A DNA stretch of 63,970 nucleotides, the filler included, from Octopus bimaculoides (lineage: Eukaryota), in assembly GCF_001194135.2 (NCBI RefSeq). It is 7 parts of 7 records of this genome, joined end to end, with 100 filler letters (N's around TTAATTAATTAA, not from the genome) between each part and the next. Parts side by side here need not be neighbours in the genome. Positions count along the whole stretch, not along the records: positions 1 to 16,757 come from NC_068986.1; 6 more parts are not named here. One strand, 5' to 3'. Made by a program: the position numbers and the translations under genes. Below, in pieces: positions 1-13,700 of the stretch. Under the pieces are notes generated by a model. It searched no databases, was not told the DNA's origin, and saw nothing but the letters and a program-made list of their open reading frames with translations. Within the stretch, counting starts at the first letter, position 1; each line of letters starts with the position of its first letter.

Positions 1-679
1 ATATATATATATATATATATACATGCACAGAAGAGAACATGGATTTAACAACATTATTTCACAGTGGTTTTCCCACATTGTTGCATTTGTAATTTATTGG
101 TGAGATGATATAATTAACATATTGAGTAATCACTACCTTCGATCAAGGAAACCGTCCTTCAGGATATGATTTGGAATAAACATTTTGATAAATCATTGTT
201 TTATTTCGATTAGTACAAGAATGAATACCCAAACCAGTGTGATATTGGAGCTAATTCACGGCAGCTTTCGTCCTAATTTTGGGACTGCCATGTTNNNNNN
301 NNNNCAAGTTTAAGAAAATACAAAATACATAAAGAAATAAACAGACAAACATTAAGTCATGTCTATTTGTTGTTATGATCTTCATTTAAACATTTAAATA
401 TTTGATTGTTTAAACGTTTTATTTTTCGGAATTCTAGAGACACACACACACAGATACAGACACACAGATGTTTGTACTTATATCATATCATATCGTTGCT
501 AATATGTTAAACTTTCGTAAGTCCAAATTTGGCCTAATGCGCTTTTATTCAATAAAAAGATAAAATGAAAATATATACCAAAACAAAAATACATAAATGT
601 TGTTAAAAAATTAAAAGTCAATGGGTGTTAAAACGTATGAGAAAGTGTTTACAGGAACATATGTGTATTCTAACCCTGA

Positions 680-1925
680 TCTTTTGCTAAAACTGTAATA
701 TGTATTTCGTGCCATGTGAACTTGATCCAAAGAGTTCAGTTCTTGAATTTAATCATATAGCGGAGTCTAAGGAACGTTTCCATATTAGTCATCTTTCCAT
801 TTTACAAAGACCGCACTCGCCACTGCCGTTGGTATAAGGTTTACACTTGACTAAGATCTTCCAGTAGATACTGTATTTGAAACCTTGTTCTCTTAAGAAC
901 CATATATAACTGGATAATTTAGTAGCCTTTCGCTTATTCCAGTGCATGATGCTTAAGGTGTGATTGTTAAATCTTGCTTTGAAATTTCCCGCTGTAAGAC
1001 GCTCATATCTGGATGGATCTGTATTATTACCGTTGGTGGAATTTGCAGCAGCTTCATAAATAATCACCCGGTCATATAGGCTCTATTTAGTGGGAACAGC
1101 TCTTTATCCATGAAGGAACAGTCGGCTTCGTGGTGTTGTGTTGTATTTTACGTGATTGTGCTATTAAAATTTGGGTTGGAACTAAAACTAATTTTTAGGT
1201 AATGTCTATTAAAGAGTTTTCTATATTTGTAATGTATTTGAAGATGTCTATCTCTAATTGGCAAGAAACATTCACTTCGGGAGTGCAAGGTGGTTTGAAC
1301 CAAATAATCTTCCTGTGTCCTTGCTTCCATTCCGTTATTTCTGGTCTAATAGAAGGGGTGTAATCGATTTCCCTTCTAAATCCACTAGCTTTGAGGGTAA
1401 TGTTATATGGGGTGAGGAGAGGAAGCATGATTAAATATGTTTATATTGAAGATAGAAGTTCTACTAATTTTCTTAACTAAAGTCTTAATCAACACTACGG
1501 GGGGAGGTTGAGTGGCAGGAACCTACATCAATATAACTAAATCTATCGTTGGGCTTTCTGTTGGGTTTGTAAAAGTTCTCTTACGAATCTAGAGATACGA
1601 CACGGAAATTGACAACCGTCAGGTTAGAATCTATTGTAATGCTGAGATCGGGTGTTTTCATAAGTTGGATAACATCCTTCCTTAAATGATCTTGCGCCGG
1701 TCCTTTGGTATTCATATTTGAAGCTAGAATATCTTCCCTATAAATAGAGAAATATACACCAGGAAAATTTGTTTCTAAAGTGTCGAGCCGGAATAGCGAA
1801 ATGATAGCGCATATGTCTGCTCAATTATATGACCCCATGATCGCATCGAAAGAACACTCTGTGTTTGCTGTCTTGAACCACTCTGCGTTCTCGCTGAAGA
1901 GTAAGGTATTTCTAGCATTGAATAG
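680..1925 (-). mobile_element. Penelope-like element fragment (RT C-terminal half, thumb and GIY-YIG endonuclease), decayed
   Basis: Minus-strand translation gives 'ARNTLLFSENAEWFK..FDAIMGSY..IYREDILA..GPAQDHLRKDVIQLMKTPDLSITIDSNL..KPNRKPND', matching PLE RT (FDVTMGS, YRDDGL). It then gives 'W(KIL)VKCKPYTNGSGECGLCKME' and 'LNSRTELF', matching the PLE endonuclease C-terminus. Several stops and frameshifts. Confidence 0.85.
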
Positions 1926-2164
1926 AGTTTTTAAAAAAAACGAAGAAAGAAAAGAAAAAAACAGATCCAAATAATAAGATAGACAGAAAAGGGAGACAAA
2001 CAACAGTTCAAACACGGAAAAAAAATTCCAGCCAATAGATAATCCGAGCTTCTTTCAAAAGGTTCTCCGATTCAAGGTACTCCGCTGCGTTTTCGGCAAA
2101 AAATTGCCAAACCAAATATTTTTACTCTTGTGATGAATCGAACACTCGAACCACAAGCAACAAA

Positions 2165-2355
2165 CACAAATTCGTTCAGAAAATCTTTCAGCAAAAAAAT
2201 GCTAACAAATATTTTCACTGCTCAATTCGTTCACCAAATGTTTCGGCAAGAATTGCTAACAAATATTTTCACTGTACAATTCGTTCACAAAGTTTTTCAG
2301 CAAAAAAAAATAAATGCCAACAAATATTTTCACTTCACAATTCGTTCACAAATGT
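2165..2355 (+). repeat. Tandem repeat, about 3.5 copies of a 54-61 bp unit
   Basis: The unit tgc(t/c)aacaaatattttcact..caattcgttcac recurs at about 2200, 2254 and 2315, with a partial copy at about 2167. Confidence 0.85.
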
Positions 2356-5300
2356 GAACACAAAGACTTTTTTTTTTTTGTTTTCCAAGAAAAAATGGTC
2401 AGTCTATGGCCGGAGCGAACCCGCCTACCACAGAGAATGAACATACAATTTTGTTCGTAAACGAACAAACCCCAAAAAACCCGCCTAAGGCAAGCGAAAA
2501 TGTCACAATGCTGAACAAAAACCTGCTAAAAAAAATTCACAACAAATTATTGCTCAGCTGAGCAACAAAACCGACTTACCCTGGCGAGTTCTTCAAATGT
2601 TCTTTGTTTTCATTAATTGGACGGAGCACAGCTAGCCCACATCCACCTCTGTTCACCGGAAGCAAGCTTCTTACCACACAACCACTCATTTGACTATATA
2701 TACACTCTCTCTGCATATTTGCCACTCCTGCCTATATATGCATAATATTATCAAAATTAATAAAAAATATCTGTACGAAAATTCATGTCACCATAACATT
2801 ATGAATCTAATCTACATTGTTGCAATTCTAACTGAACATATGAAAAAAAACTTTAGTTGTTAAATAACGCTAACAAAAAGGAACAACAAACCAAATTTAA
2901 CTTTAGACATACTTTCATCCAACCAAGAGCGACATCATTGAATAGCTAGTTTAGTTTATAAAACTGAAATATAAAAAAAAATACCATATTAATTCCATAT
3001 ACTTTGACAATTTGAAATCTGCTTAAATAAAAAAAAACACCTAACATAGAAAACAAGTATATTTATCTACTATAATTGATGACGTCACTGTATATCCAAG
3101 AACAAAATAGCAGACAAAAATTCTTAGTTATGCTTAATAGATAACTCAAGAATAAAATCTACAAAATGATTAAATGAAATTTATACACTTTCCGTCGCAA
3201 TAATAATTTACCTATTTATCTAATATAATGAATCATTCTATAGGAATTAACTGAAGAATTATTATATTCAACAACATATACAACCACCGAGGATCTCACT
3301 GAGTAATTAACAAATAAAATTGACAGAAGACATCGGGTTTGTAATATTTTTGTATTTATCTTAAGGCGTATCTTTTGTTCGTATTCGTTTTAATTTGTAT
3401 TTGTTTCTGGACTTTTCCTGTTCACTGGAGCCATTGAATCTAATGGCATTAATGTTTTGTTTAAACAGAACCTAGAAAACGCCTGCTGGGTATGTGAACA
3501 GAGAAAAATCTGTAGTGACTATCTTCTAAGGGGAAAGAATTGCTTAAAATTGATTGTGTGGTATCGAACGATTTGGAAGCAGTAAGAAAGATATGAGGTG
3601 TAAAATCGAATAAGTTGGGAGTGTATAATACACCGGGTGCATGAAAGAGAACAGCTATGCAGAAATGGAGAATAGAGAGCCACGACTGCGCGTCTATGGA
3701 TTATGGCGTGAACCGTGTCGTTTAGCGATTGAATATCAGTTTAAAAGGTGGCATTCTTTGGAGATGATAAAACTTACATATATGTCGATAATCATTACGA
3801 TCGTTGCTTATTTACACTAGGTATGCTGATGCAAATAGTTATTTAGACATACATACGTATGTATGTATATAAAAAAATTACATTTTTATGGATATATATA
3901 TATATAGTGGTATTATCCGAGTTTTCATCAATGGCTGTGTTGAGATTATATTTTCTATTGCTTCATAAGTAAATGGACCGCAGGAATTATGTTGAAAGTT
4001 CATGAATTCACTGTAACCAATAAAGTGCTTCTAAGATGCAATAGAATAGGAAGAATTTCTATTCACGTTTTCAGTGCTAGATTTAGAGGCAAAACGGTTT
4101 TTCGGTGTAGAAGCAAAATCTTGGCAATTGGAATAACTACTTCAAGAACTTCGTTTTGCATCAAGCATTTTTTTTAGAATTATTGCTGTGGATTCTAAGT
4201 TACATATAAAAACTTGAATATATGTTATTTTGTACAGAAAAAAAGTTTATTTATACGATTTTACAACTTTCGCAATAATAGGGCAAATATTCATCATATT
4301 CGAAGACAAACTACAGAATCCAAAGCAGTCATTCTTCGCATCTAAAGTTTCAGTTATATACAAGCATACTTATACGGATATACATATGCACGGTCCTACA
4401 TAGGTAGTCCATACATCTATAACTATCGTCTCTACCAACGTCTGTCTCTCTTGCACTCTCTCTCTCTATCTGTATATATAACAGAGGCTCTATCTCTGTC
4501 TCTGTCTCCGTGTCTCTTTATATATGTATGTATGTATGTTTGTATGTAAGTATAGAGAGGTAGATAAGTAAATAACGTGTATAATTGTAGTGGAGATCAT
4601 AAGATATACATGGTATCCTAGATGCATTTACTGTGTATCTCATACTTGTTTAATGGCTTCCACTCCAATTCTGTAAATTATCTACTTATCTGCTTCGAAA
4701 TAAACTTAGGGTAGCATCCGTAATATTCGAGTACTGCTTTTAATAAAACCATGACTAGAAATCGCGATATAGATTCCTTTTAATTCTGTCAGTAGTAATG
4801 AAGTGGCAGATTATACAACCGCTACAATATAATCGTCCAGCAATTCCGTTGTTGAATTACGTACATGCATATTGTCTCAAAGAGCACTTGCGTGTACCTA
4901 CTTGTCTATTTGATTTTCTATTTATCAATATGTGTATGATTTAGAATTATCTATATTTATATTTGTTAGTTTGCATGTGTATAGAATCGTAGGAATTTAG
5001 TTTTATATTTTAAAGATCAATTCATAAATTTATAGATATTTCCCCCTGAAACTAAACATTTGGTTTCTCTCTTATTCGTCGAAATCCATTTTGTAGTATT
5101 AATATAGCACGAAGTCATTGTTTTGTCAGGGCTAAATGGTATATCATACGTGTTTAGAAATCATGACCTTTACATTTTTGGTTTCTGCTTAATTGTATTC
5201 ATATCATACTTCAGTATGTTGTTTTTAAAATGCGGAAAAAGCGTTCCTCAAACTTTGAAAGTACTGGACTCCATGATAATCTGTTTCTCGGCGTAACGCA

Positions 5301-5929
5301 GCATGGTTGAATATGCTATTAACGGCTCTGCATATAACGTATGCAAATATAAATAGCTTTTCCATTATATCTATTAGATATTTTTTCCGTTCATTGATAT
5401 CACTCTATATTCTGTAATTTTCTTTTTCATATGAATAGATATACATTCCGACTAAGATAAATGAATGTATGACTTTGCACTATTTTTTTGTGTTGTAGAT
5501 ATTGAATAATGGCGAAACATACATATAGGTTATATTCATTTTGGTATGTTTTATTTTCAGATGGATATTTAAATAAAGGTCTATTTAATCATCTAAATAA
5601 TACTAATCCACATTGAGTTTTTTTTTCAAATAATTGTATACATATATTTTCAAATATATTCATACAATTTGTTGAATTTTAATCTTAATCTGCATACTAG
5701 TACACAAAATGTTAACACATAATTTTATCATAATTATATTCCTAGTAAGTTGTAAGCAAGTAAAGCGAAACAATTGATAAAAATGACAAAACAAAAGTCA
5801 GGAATATTGTGTAAGCCCATAACAATTAATTTTTTCAATTGCATTAAATAAAAGTCGGAGGGGGACCGGATAAAGTACCTGCATCAACTTGCCATGAAAC
5901 AAGCACTAATTGTACCTTGTCCTGATCCT

Positions 5930-6588
5930 TAGTGAAAATTTTGAATAGTGCAGTTCGATGTTAACAGTTATTTTTAAAAGCTATAATGGAAGTAACAAAG
6001 CAGTATTTTCGGTATATTTGCTTTACGAGATCAATAAAAACAACCCGTTTAATGGTTGTTCCAGAAATTTCAAGCCGCAAACTAAAGCCTAGAAGACGAG
6101 CTTTGTCCTGAAAGATCTCTTGAGTTCGACGAGGACGTCCTGCAAACCTTGGTGTTTCAAAATCCCATTGGAACTGTAGATGAACTAGCAGAGACACCCG
6201 CGTGCTATCGGAATATGACGAAAGGTGCTGTTTCGTCAGGTTAATGCTCGGCCACATACAGAGAGGATGACATTTGTAAGACTGGAGCAGTTTGAATGGG
6301 AGACGATACCCAACTCACCATATTCGCGGACATTGCCCCATCTGATTATCATGTATTCCACCGTCTTGGAGATCATTTGGATAAAAAAAATATGAAATTT
6401 GTAGACAAGGTCAGAACAGTACTGGAGGAGTATTTTTCGTCACAGACAATTGAATTTTTGTATTCTACCATATAGATGGAAGAACATTGTAAAAGATGAA
6501 GACGTATATGTTTTAGATTCAAAAGAAAAAAAATTTGAAAACTAAAAGAAGTATAAAAAACCCGCATCATTTATGTTATGACCCAATA
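5930..6588 (+). mobile_element. Internally deleted mariner transposon fossil
   Basis: ATG at 5986: 'MEVTKQYFRYI..WFQKFQAAN*SLEDE..EFDEDVLQTLVFQNPIGTVDELAET' (HTH region). This is fused to 'RQVNARPH..LEQFEWETIP..PYS/DIAPSDYH..RWKNIVKDEDVYVLD', the DD34D C-terminus with a YSPDLAPSDY-like motif. A 3' TIR-like sequence ccgcatcatttatgttatgacccaa+TA ends at 6588. Confidence 0.9.
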
Positions 6589-6678
6589 CTTAAAATCTGT
6601 CTGAGAATATACATTCACTTATATATTCAGTAGTGGTCATTTAAATTTGTTATTTGTAACTAACAAAATTACATCTCG

Positions 6679-6825
6679 CTCTCTCTCTCTCACTCTCTCT
6701 CTCTCTCACTCTCTCTATCTCTCTCACTCTCTCTCTCTTACTCTCTGTCTCTCTCACTCTCTCTCTCTCACTCTCTCTCTCTCAATCTCTTTCTCTCTCA
6801 CTCTCTCTCTCTCCCTCCCTCTGTC
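6679..6825. repeat. (CT)n/(CTCTCA)n microsatellite
   Basis: Directly visible; it produces the spurious 6647..6937 ORF. Confidence 0.95.
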
Positions 6826-7789
6826 TCACTATGAAATTAAAGTAAAGTGTGAGGATTTTCTACTCGGCATAGGGTGGTTGCCTCCCCTCTCAGCATGTAT
6901 GCATCTATGTTCCTCCCATAGGATCACAAGTATTTAAACTCTTAGTTCTAGCAATGTACGTGCATTGGCACCCTTAGCCTAACTTTACGACTATTGAATT
7001 TTTCCTTTAGGATAGCGCATTGCAGCTCGCTGTTTATATAAATTTTCGTATACGAATTAGGCGTTCCGTTAAATCATCCTTAAATTCTTATGGTAAGTAC
7101 ACATATGCTGACAGGCGGAATTAGCCGAACATGTGCTGTTCAAGGAATTCCCATTGAGGATTTCTACGTAATAAACGAAACCAGACATCCAGTGAAACCA
7201 TATACATGTGCGCCCCCCATACGGCATTATATATACACACTTATGTATATATATATATATAGTTGGAATTTACAAATGACCTTTCTGAAATAAAACAATA
7301 TCTGTTGCAACATGCTATCTCTCATCAGGAATCTTGGAAAACAATTACATGATCTATTCAAATAATTTATATTTTCTTAAAACCAAATCACTTAATGTTG
7401 ATTCTAAACGTTTGTTTTGAATAACGGTGTTCTTATAACCATTAATTTACATTTCGGAGCATTCGACATCACAATTTGTAAATATATATTTATCATATGA
7501 AGCTGACTTGCAAGTAGTCAGAAAAGTGCCTAGGAATGATCTTATAAGTTTAAAAACTGCAGCATGATGAAAAACACGCTACATGCAAATACCCGTTTAA
7601 AGAAGATTGATTTCTGAGATTGTGAACATCCCAAGCAATAAGATTAATGGATGTCGAAAAGTTATTGCTGTGAAATATGCATGAAGGACATATAAGAAAT
7701 AAGCAAAAAAAAAAAAGCTGGAATACGAAGAACCGAACCTGAATCATGTGTACCAACATAATTACAAACATACACACAGAAAAAGATAT

Positions 7790-8686
7790 ACACGCAGATC
7801 GCACGCAAACACACATATACGTAATGTATGCATATATATATTANNNNNNNNNNATCTCTCTTTCTATATATATATGTGCGGGTGTGTCTACGTGTGTGCG
7901 TGTGTGTGGGTGTGTGTGTGTGTGTGTGTGTGTGTATTTGTGTAAGAGAATGCATCCACATAATTTATATTAATTCGCGCATACCTGTGTCGCCTATGTA
8001 GTTAAAGTGATAAATAACCATCTAACAAATTCGCGTTATGCATTTTTTCCGATGCCCCCCGAACATTTTACCATATTCGTAATGCACACATCACCGATTC
8101 CATGCTAGTATCGTGGTTTACTATTATTGATGGCTTTTAGTGCTTCCAGCAATAGAATTCTTTCATATAGTCAGATCTATATATGGAGTGCAAAACGAAG
8201 AACTGCAAACAGTCGGAAAACAAAAAAGTAAAAAAAAAAAAGAAAACACGAAAAAAAAAACAGTAACCAGCGCAGAAGAACAATCAAACATCCCCAGAGT
8301 GGACTGTTTAGTAATACAATTGTTCATTGATGCTTGAATTTCTTTTCATATCTGCTCCTTCGCACTTAGATGTTCTTTTTCTATTATGCATGTAAAATAG
8401 ATATTCATAGACACGTTCAGAGACGCAGAAATGGTACACACAAGCACACGTTAAAGAACCTAGATTGAAATGTTTCGTAACAAAAACATAATTTCATTTA
8501 TCTTCCCGCGTGTCTCACATATCTAGACGTCTTTACAAAAGCAGATGAAGCCACCCATTTTTTCATAGAAAAATATTCACACTCACATTCGTTGATATGA
8601 AACCTACCAAAGGGTTTCATATATAGATTCGTATACACAAATGCAAACCACCGAGCACACATACATATATATGTGTATGCGTGTAT

Positions 8687-8741
<55 letters not shown>

Positions 8742-8805
8742 TACATGTGTATGTATGTGTATATATATGTGTGTGAGTCTGTGTGTGTGTGTGTGTGTGT
8801 GGGCA
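7790..8805. repeat. Compound (CA)/(TA)/(TG) microsatellites at about 7790-7945 and 8660-8805
   Basis: Directly visible; source of the YI/CV/HT-repeat ORFs. Confidence 0.9.
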
Positions 8806-11800
8806 TGTTTCTGTTCGGGTGAGTGTGAATGTATACATATGTTCTTCATGTGCGCTACAAGACATGTAGGTAGTTGTGCATTTATACCCTAAGAACAAGT
8901 GCACACATATATGCATGCGTATATTCGTAGACACAGGAAAGCGAATAAGATTCCAATAATTCACATTGTATCAATAATCCAATACGGTCGGAATAAATGG
9001 AAAACTAATATTATAGAGAAGAATCAGTTTATTAAACCTCTTCCATACTATATTTCCCCAGGGAGAAAATACACTTATTACAATAAACCTATAAAATTTA
9101 CGTAGGTGCAAGAATTTGCCTCTATAGGAATTCTGAAGAAAATTTTCTTTCAATGTTAAAGATTCCATCTTATTGTTAACATGCTGAGTTTTATCTTACT
9201 TTCGAGTATTAAAGAAAAATGCATTCTCAGTTGAAACCGACTTAAAAGGACTGAGAAAATTATTACTTAATATATATTTGACGATCTGAACATTAGCTTT
9301 TATATCTAGAATGAAAGAAATTGCTACGTTGCAATAGCGATCGAGTGTGCTTTGAAAATTATTATAAATAAATTTTATCTGATATAGATTTCTCTCCCCT
9401 GTTAACATTTGGACTTTCATTCTTACTGTTTCGATTACATGTTCCAAGCATCAGACAAGATATTCGAAAAGGAAGATTGCTTGTCCCTTTCAGCTTTGGA
9501 AATATTTCCCTACCTCGTTAGTGCTCTGTAAAAATGCATTAAATAAACACAATTCTAGTTGTTTAGTTGCTAATACATAAAAGTATCTACACTATGCATC
9601 ACATCTGATTAAAATGCATTGAAGATCTGATTTGACCTCAGAAATATATAAAATGAAAGTACTCATGCAAAACATTGAAAGTTATTCAAAACAACGTAGA
9701 GCCGAGCAATACATTATTGCACTTTAATAAATTTCCAGGATTTCAAATTTTATTTGTCACATGTGTTAGAAAAGACAATGATATTGTCGTTTTCATTTGA
9801 AAGTAAAAGTAAAACTCAAACATTTTCCTTGCAGATTCTTATAGAAATTGTTCATTGAATCAGATTTACCCTACTATTGTTGTAATAAAATATTAAATGT
9901 ATGCAAGTGAAAGTATGGAAGCTTTTAGTCGTGACAAGTTATACGACAAATTAAGTGCTAAAAATTCAATATTACTTCATCTCGGTCCGTAATTGCGTAA
10001 TGTATTTTATGAAGGTCAACTGACCGAAGTTCTCCAAGCTATAGATCTAAACGCAATGTGACTAAAGCTACTGAAACTTTATAAACATTTCTGAGAAATT
10101 GTGTTTAATATGGCTGCTATTTCGAAATAAGGTAAGTATGGTATGGCTTAAATAATTATATTTGGCTTCCAATTTTCTTTCTGCGGAGAGGCACGAATAA
10201 AGCACGATTTTGATATTTCGTTTCTACATCTTCGCAATGTAATTACAGATAAGTTCAATACAGAAACTGAACAACAGAACTACCTTTTAGTCACGAGAAG
10301 AGTAATTATGTCATTATTGATCATTTTACAACTCATAAGAAAGTCGATAAAACACACTTTGATCTGTCTTGTTGATTTTGATATACTATTATCACTCGTC
10401 CGGCATTTTATTGGTGCCTAGAGGATATATATTATATGTGCACGGATATGAAACATAACTTGACCACTCGGAAATTGTGTGAACTATATGTTGAACAAAT
10501 GAGAACCGTTGACATTTTGGTTAGCAATCTGACCTTTCACAACGTGGCTCACTGCGTGATTATAGATATAGTTCTTATCTCGACCAGTGTAATGTTTATA
10601 TTCCTTAAAACAGATATTACAATAACGAAACTTTTTCTCAGTTAAAAATAAAACACAAGAATTAAGAGAAGGAAAATATACTGAGTGTGGTTCTCAAATA
10701 TACGAATGTGGGTGAGTGACTGGTATTAATGAAATTAAATTTGGTTCAAAATCAATATGAATTCGTAGTATTATCAAGATCATGTTAAATAAAGTTATAT
10801 AATAGGCTTTCTTAGCTGCTCCATGTTCAAATGTTTACGTTAGTAATTTATAACTCATTAATCAACTGTCTCCGTTCAATGTAACAGTCTGTCGATTACA
10901 TTCATAGTCAATGGATGGTTCCTTCTAGTGCACCATCTCAAATTGCCAGACGTTCTAATATCTTCCAGCGTATGAAACATCAAAATATTAGCTGTTTCTG
11001 TGTTTGTCACGTCTGCAGTATTGATTGGTTAAGTGTACACACTAACATGTTAAGGCGAGAAGTTCAATTACTTTGCACTATCTTATTAATAACCATTACT
11101 CTACCACATATCACTCCTTTTTTTACGAAACATTGCTGTGTTGGCAAGCAACGGCACTACCAACAGAATCGAATGTAAGTAGAATTAAAACTATGGAAAC
11201 GCGATTTTCAGATGGTATTATTATTTTTTTTTACTAGAGTGTTAAACTATAGTTTCTCGTATAAATTATCACTTAATAATTAACTTAGCTTATTGAACAG
11301 GTTAATATCATTCATTTAATTGGTGCCATAGAAAACAGAATCCGTGCTATGTAAATATTGTTTTTAGGTTCCGGGAGCCGAGATACTCGATTCCATTAAT
11401 TATCGAGATTCGTCCTTATGCAGAACGTTTACATATATAAGTTTGTTGGATGCCACCACCTCGAGTGGTAACAAATACCATATCATAAACAATATCGAAA
11501 CCCGCTCACGGTACCTGATGAACCATTGTATGTTAAATCGTAATGCCCAAATAAAGAGATGAATGATCAGATAACCTGGTTCAGGATATTTCCTATGGGT
11601 TTCAATTGCCTATCACTCCTTATGGACGCGTTTATTCATAGGTGTGATTAATGAGAATGGGTCTAGGGTCTAGGGTCTGTCAAAATCAAAAACAATAACA
11701 ACGTACACTTCGTGAAATTTACGAATCCATAACCCAACCAAAGTATGTGAAAGAAGTCATCCATCCACTTATGTCAATTAATTTATTTAATGAGCAACGA

Positions 11801-12799
11801 TGAAAACGTTCTTGTTTTATAAAGCTTTATTCATTAGAACTAATGTATATGATATTGAAAATTTTAATGATATTAATTTAAGTTTGTTTTTGCATTTGAG
11901 AGAGTGATCGACATACGTAGACAGCAAAGATTTTATTCCTTGTAGAATGCATCTCCGATATCGGGAGATAGGAGTCCTTTGCGCATTTTTCAATAAGTTA
12001 TAATGTTGTATGCAATACCAATTACTTCCTTTTTAAAGACATTGGATTGGAGAGGGATAATGGAAGGAGAGACAGGCAAAGACTGTAGACCAAGAGAGGG
12101 AGAGAGAAAGTGAGCGAGAGAGACCGGCAGAATGACGTAGTGTATTCATGATTTTTTACGCTCCTCGTTGTTGCAATTGACTCCTTTAATGTGAGGACTG
12201 TACTGTACTGAGTCTGTGGCTGCAATAAAAGGCAGAAAAAAAGATGAAAAAGAGCCCTGTGAAGAGGGTGCAAATTTGGAGAAAGAGTTTGAGACTTTCC
12301 TTCAGATCATTATTGCGTTGCATGAAGCGTTTAGAAAATAGGTTAAAAAAAGCATTCCCAATAAAATAGAGAGTGTTTTGGTAGATGTAGGTGAGGATAG
12401 ATATCAATACGCAGATGAGGGCCACTGTTTCACTGTTTTAGTGATAGAAAACAGAAATATATGAGCCTACTTTAATGTTCTACGGAAAAGGAAGATTGAG
12501 CGTTTGACTGAATCTCTTATTTTGTAAACGTTAGATCGACAAAAATATATGATTATGGTATAACAACTCATGTCTTAGCAGGTGATTTCATAACTTTGCG
12601 TCGTGTGAATTTTCCTCTGATGAGGAAAAGCATGCAATATGTGCAACAACAGGAAATTTATAAATATTTGAATAGTACTAGTTTCAAGTTGTTTACTATT
12701 TGTTCAGTTTTGTTAATATCTTCTGGTACGGATTTTATTATTATTATTATTATAACAAAAGGAAATTGCGAGGAGACATTCTCATTGGTGATGAAGCCA

Positions 12800-13700
12800 T
12801 GAATTTAAATAGATCCTGTTGAATTTATTCATGATAAAAATGTTGCTAAGTAAAACAGACGTTTTGAGATATGAAGTGATCTCCTAACTTTCTTTTGAAT
12901 ATGAAGCTATTCTTATATTTCTAATGGATAATATTATCAAGGTATTCTCTTATTCCCCTAGTGAAGAATGGCTGTTTGAATGTATTGATGCTTAGATGCA
13001 AATGGGAAGAAAGGAATAAATGATGGTACCAACTGCAAAATACTGAACCTACTTGAAAGTGAAAAGTACGTTGCTAAAGACGAGGAGCAGAGTTTTAGGG
13101 GCATACCTTACCCGAGAAATGTTAGAACCGAACGAATGTTAGGTATGGGGAGATCCTATTAGTAAAGGATGTCTTTTTTAATTTATCAAATAGGTAAGGA
13201 TTTAATTTATGACACGATCCCTATGATCTTGCAGGTGTGTACTTTTGTCCGGCGCCCAAAGCTTACCTACAAAGAAATGAATGGAAGCTGATTTTTATCC
13301 AAAGTACTCCCAAGTGAACTGTTATGGTTGCTAACGTAATAGTATGGGTTCCCATGGAAAAGGATTTATGAAATCCCTATTGGTGTTTAGTGTGTCGTTG
13401 TGTGCAGTGATAGTTCTAAGCTTTGGTTACAATCCCGGATATTAGTGTACAGAAGGGAAAAATTTAATCTAAGTCGTAAGAGGTAATTAATGTAGAAAAT
13501 CCCGGTTCATTATGAGATCAAGATAACCCACTAGCTGGTGATTAATTCAATAGGGTTAAATTCATTTATAAGTCAACAGATTGGCGGTTAGTCTGCGATA
13601 CACCTCGAAAATACAAGATTAACTTTAACAGAATACATAACTTTTGCTTCTGGATTATTGTATGCATGTGTACCGTTTGTGAATTTTGTCAGCGGCTGTT
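12800..13700 (-). mobile_element. Possible very old Penelope-like RT remnant
   Basis: Minus-strand motifs occur in PLE order across frameshifts: 'SLLYTNI' (~13445), 'SMGTH..LA' (~13355), 'KDI.FT..LPYL' (~13170-13140) and 'PFASKH..AI' (~13000). MGT-to-thumb spacing is about 350 nt, roughly as expected. No YxDD was found. Confidence 0.3.

Noticed and set aside
2165-2355. CRISPR-like repeat-spacer array
   Set aside because: Eukaryotic context, no unique spacers and no cas genes. It is a simple degenerate tandem repeat.
4620-4860. Possible Helitron helicase or PLE thumb fragment ('YYGCYPKFISKQISR')
   Set aside because: There is only one short weak motif, which is not enough to call.
5961-6257. 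98-aa minus-strand ORF that looks like a real protein
   Set aside because: It is the antisense of the mariner transposase HTH region.
9915-10131. 'Pseudogene exon' MEAFSRDKLYDKL..GQLTEVLQAIDLNAM..
   Set aside because: Four stops in 72 codons is about what random AT-rich DNA gives, and no homologue was recognised.
12996-13318. + strand exon chain ('..RMLG|VYFCPAPKAY..') resembling a PARP/ART motif
   Set aside because: There is no HGT motif and the acceptor is weak. Minus-strand PLE-like motifs explain the open frame about as well, so it remains unresolved.
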